Shown one piece after another: positions 61,607-64,000 of a DNA stretch of 64,000 nt. Each line of letters begins with the position of its first letter. Position 1 is the stretch's first letter. The notes below the pieces were generated by a model that was given only the letters and a program-made list of their open reading frames with translations, made no database searches and was not told where the DNA came from. This DNA is from an uncultured Acidobacteriota bacterium (GTDB lineage: Bacteria; Acidobacteriota; JAQAZP01): positions 1,472,001 through 1,536,000 of the forward strand of contig CAWIIB010000001.1 of the NCBI GenBank assembly GCA_963836075.1, read 5' to 3'. The position numbers and the translations under genes are program-made.

Positions 61607-63490
61607 ATGAGTAGAAAACTGCTGATTGCCTGTGCGCTGCTGGCGGTTCTCTTCAGCGCCGCAGCCCAGGCCGAAACGGTGGTGCCGGGTGGTGAGGTGT
61701 ACGGCACATGGGATGAGGTCGGCTCACCCTATCTGATCAAGGGCGAGATCACCGTCCCCGAATGTCAGACCCTGACCATCGACCCCGGTGTGGTGGTGGA
61801 CGTTCGCGGGCACTTCAAGATGATCGTTCACGGCACACTGGAAGCCGTGGGTACGGAGAGGCACAGGATCCTGTTCACCGCCGCCGACACCGTGGAGGGC
61901 TGGCACGGGATCCGATTCGTCGACACCATGGAGACCAGCCACCTCCAGTGGTGCATCATCGAACACGGACGGGCCAAGGGAATTGATATCAATGATCCGG
62001 ACGGTTGGGGTGGGGGAATCCTCTGCAGCGGCTCCAGCCCGGCCATCACCGACTGCATCGTCAGGAACTGTTCAGCCATCGGCTCCGGCGGCGGAATTTT
62101 CTTCCATCAATCCAAGTCGGAGATCACCCGCTGCAATTTCACCGGAAACTACGCCTCGATTCTGGGCGGGGGTGTGGCTGTCTACTTATCCGACATCGCG
62201 ATTCGGCAAAGCGGTATCACCGACAACAGCAGCGAAATGTGGGGGGGGCGGTCTTCACCCAGGATTCTTTCACCGGGATCGAAGACTGCACCATCCTCCG
62301 GAATCAGGCCGACCGGTTGGGTGGAGGGATCAGCGCCTACAACTGGAACCAATACTTTGAACGACAGTTGACCGTACGGGGCTGTACCATCACCGGAAAC
62401 AGTTCGGGGATGTGGGGCGGCGGGATCTCCGGTGACACCATCACCATGGAGATCGAGGGCAACGTCATATCGGGGAACCGGGCTCCGGGCAAGTATGGCG
62501 GTGGAATCTACGTCAACAACTGCGCCGGAACCGTTGAAAACAACATCATCTCGAGGAACACGGCGCTTGCCGGCGGCGGCATCGGCATGGCCACCAACTC
62601 TGTTGTCGATCTGATCAACAACCGTATCACCGGCAACTCGGCCGTGGAGGATGGCGGGGGTATCCGGTGGACCATCGGAAGCACTTCAGTGCTCAGAAAC
62701 ATGACCATTGCCGACAACACGGCGCCAAACGGGGCAGGGATCTTCGCTTGCAACAGATGCGACGTCCGTGCGATAAACACGATTTTCTGGGGCAATAAAG
62801 CGACGACCGGTGAGGCGGCATGGGTCGGGACGTCTTCAACCCTGCGCATCAGCTACTCCGATGTGCAACCGGGAAACTCCTCAGTTCTACGTGGCCCTGG
62901 GCGGCACGCTGGAATGGGGCGAGGGCATGATTTCCGAGGATCCGCTTTTCCGCGATCCGGACAACGGTGACTTCCACCTCTGCCAGGACCCCTGCCAGCC
63001 GGGGGTGAAAAATCCCTGTGTCGACGCGGGTCACCCGGTTAGCCCGATGATCCCCGGATCCACCCGCAGCGACTGCTGCTGCGACGTGGGGCGGGTGGAC
63101 ATGGGCTACCACTCCCCGGTCCCGAATTCAGTGGCCACCGACATCCGGATCGACCCCGAATCGGGTGTGCTCCCCTTCACCACCCGGGTCAGCGCCACCA
63201 TGAGCAATGTCCTGGGTGTGGAACGGACCCTGGCCGGCCGGATCGCCGTCACCCTGGCCAACGGGATGTGCTACCACAACCTCTGCCCGGGAGTTGTCGA
63301 ACTGGGCCCGCATGAGAGCCACTCGCTCATCTGGAACCAGGACCTGCCGGCCCAGGAGAGATACCTGGGGACCAACATCTTCGAACTCTTTGCCGTGGAT
63401 GTCACCCCGGCGCCGTTCAACCAGTCACCCTATCCCATGTCCGGCAATACCGACAAGGACACGGCCACCGTTACCGGCAGCAGCCGGTAG
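61607..63490 (+). CDS. Secreted right-handed parallel beta-helix protein with CTD-A (frameshifts ~62245 and ~62880)
   Basis: Three ORFs join: GTW...SPY.I.G..., GGGI/N.A repeats, ISYSDVQ, I..DPLF....GDFHL....PCVDAG, DMGYH, then CTD-A from ~63131. Confidence 0.85.
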
Positions 63491-63562
63491 CAGAACCGGA
63501 TACCCGCACGGGGGACCACAGCTCCCCCTGCGGGGTTCTTTTCCGCTCGAGTTTTCGGGGGA

Positions 63563-64000
63563 CTACGAACCGGCGGGGCCGGGCCCCGTGAATTCGAGGT
63601 GGATGCCGTCTTCGCCGATCTTCACGTCGCCGGGAACCGGGTATCGCTCGTAGAGGCTGAACTGGATGCCGGCCTGACGCTGGTCGAAGACTTTGCGGTC
63701 CAGCAGCACGGTCCAGGGGACGAAGAGCTGGTTCTCGTGCTGCAGCACCTTCTGCTCCGAGAGGTTGAGCTCCCCGGAGAGGGTCTCCCGCACCCGGTTC
63801 CGCGACTGGTCATCCGGGCAGGTGATCACCGCCGACACCAGGGTGCCGTCGGGAGAGACGTCTTCAAAGGGCCGGGCCAGCGCCCGGGCCCGGCGGGCCA
63901 TCTGGTTCGGCACCTGGGTCAGGAACTTGCTGGCCACCGAACAGAAGTGGACATCGGTGGCACAGCCGGAATCGTTGCGGGCCCGGTCCATCAACTGCTC
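63563..64000 (-). CDS. C-terminal part of a probable radical SAM protein (COG2108-like), truncated by the window edge
   Basis: VHFCS..SK..Q..NQM.RRA..LARPFE.V..DGTL resembles the COG2108 tail; the CxxxCxxC motif is not in the window. Confidence 0.5.
   Translation of the reverse strand, partial: EQLMDRARNDSGCATDVHFCSVASKFLTQVPNQMARRARALARPFEDVSPDGTLVSAVITCPDDQSRNRVRETLSGELNLSEQKVLQHENQLFVPWTVLLDRKVFDQRQAGIQFSLYERYPVPGDVKIGEDGIHLEFTGPGPAGS

Larger units (their letters stand above)
4412..63487. repeat. Dispersed CTD-A module (10 copies)
   Basis: Approximate positions: 4412-4771(+), 13268-13627(+), 15887-16246(+), 30929-31295(-), 34579-34938(+), 40590-40950(-), 43259-43618(+), 55899-56260(-), 56783-57135(-, internal), 63131-63487(+). 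Confidence 0.95.

Overview
A 64-kb, mostly GC-rich bacterial window. It is diderm, and the TonB receptor and kinase architectures look Acidobacteriota-like (inference). Most genes encode signal-peptide-bearing, multi-domain secreted proteins. Twelve unrelated secreted proteins end in one of two mutually exclusive, highly conserved C-terminal modules. CTD-A (~118 aa, consensus C.P.SGT.PF...L.N...RR...D..LA.G....NWR.G......SW.Q..PA.....G.N.F.L...DVTP.P(Y/F)NQPPYP..GDT....CTVTG.AP) occurs 10 times in 9 genes. CTD-B (~330 aa, six-blade GAGPG..GPHVRG propeller) occurs in 3 genes. Several cargo domains are types that carry T9SS sorting signals in Bacteroidota, so these modules are candidates for an undescribed lineage-specific protein sorting or surface-display system. 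Other content includes a TonB receptor-cyanophycinase-YfcC-M14 peptidase operon (candidate cyanophycin utilisation locus) and a duplicated 308-bp promoter/leader/signal-peptide cassette with a conserved RNA-like structure. There are also IS1-family and serine-recombinase remnants, a Fic protein, an SPFH/Zn-ribbon pair, radical SAM enzymes, a Ser/Thr kinase, ChaN and a nucleotide-sugar dehydrogenase. About seven scattered frameshifts are probably sequencing indels. No rRNA, tRNA, CRISPR array or reverse transcriptase was seen.
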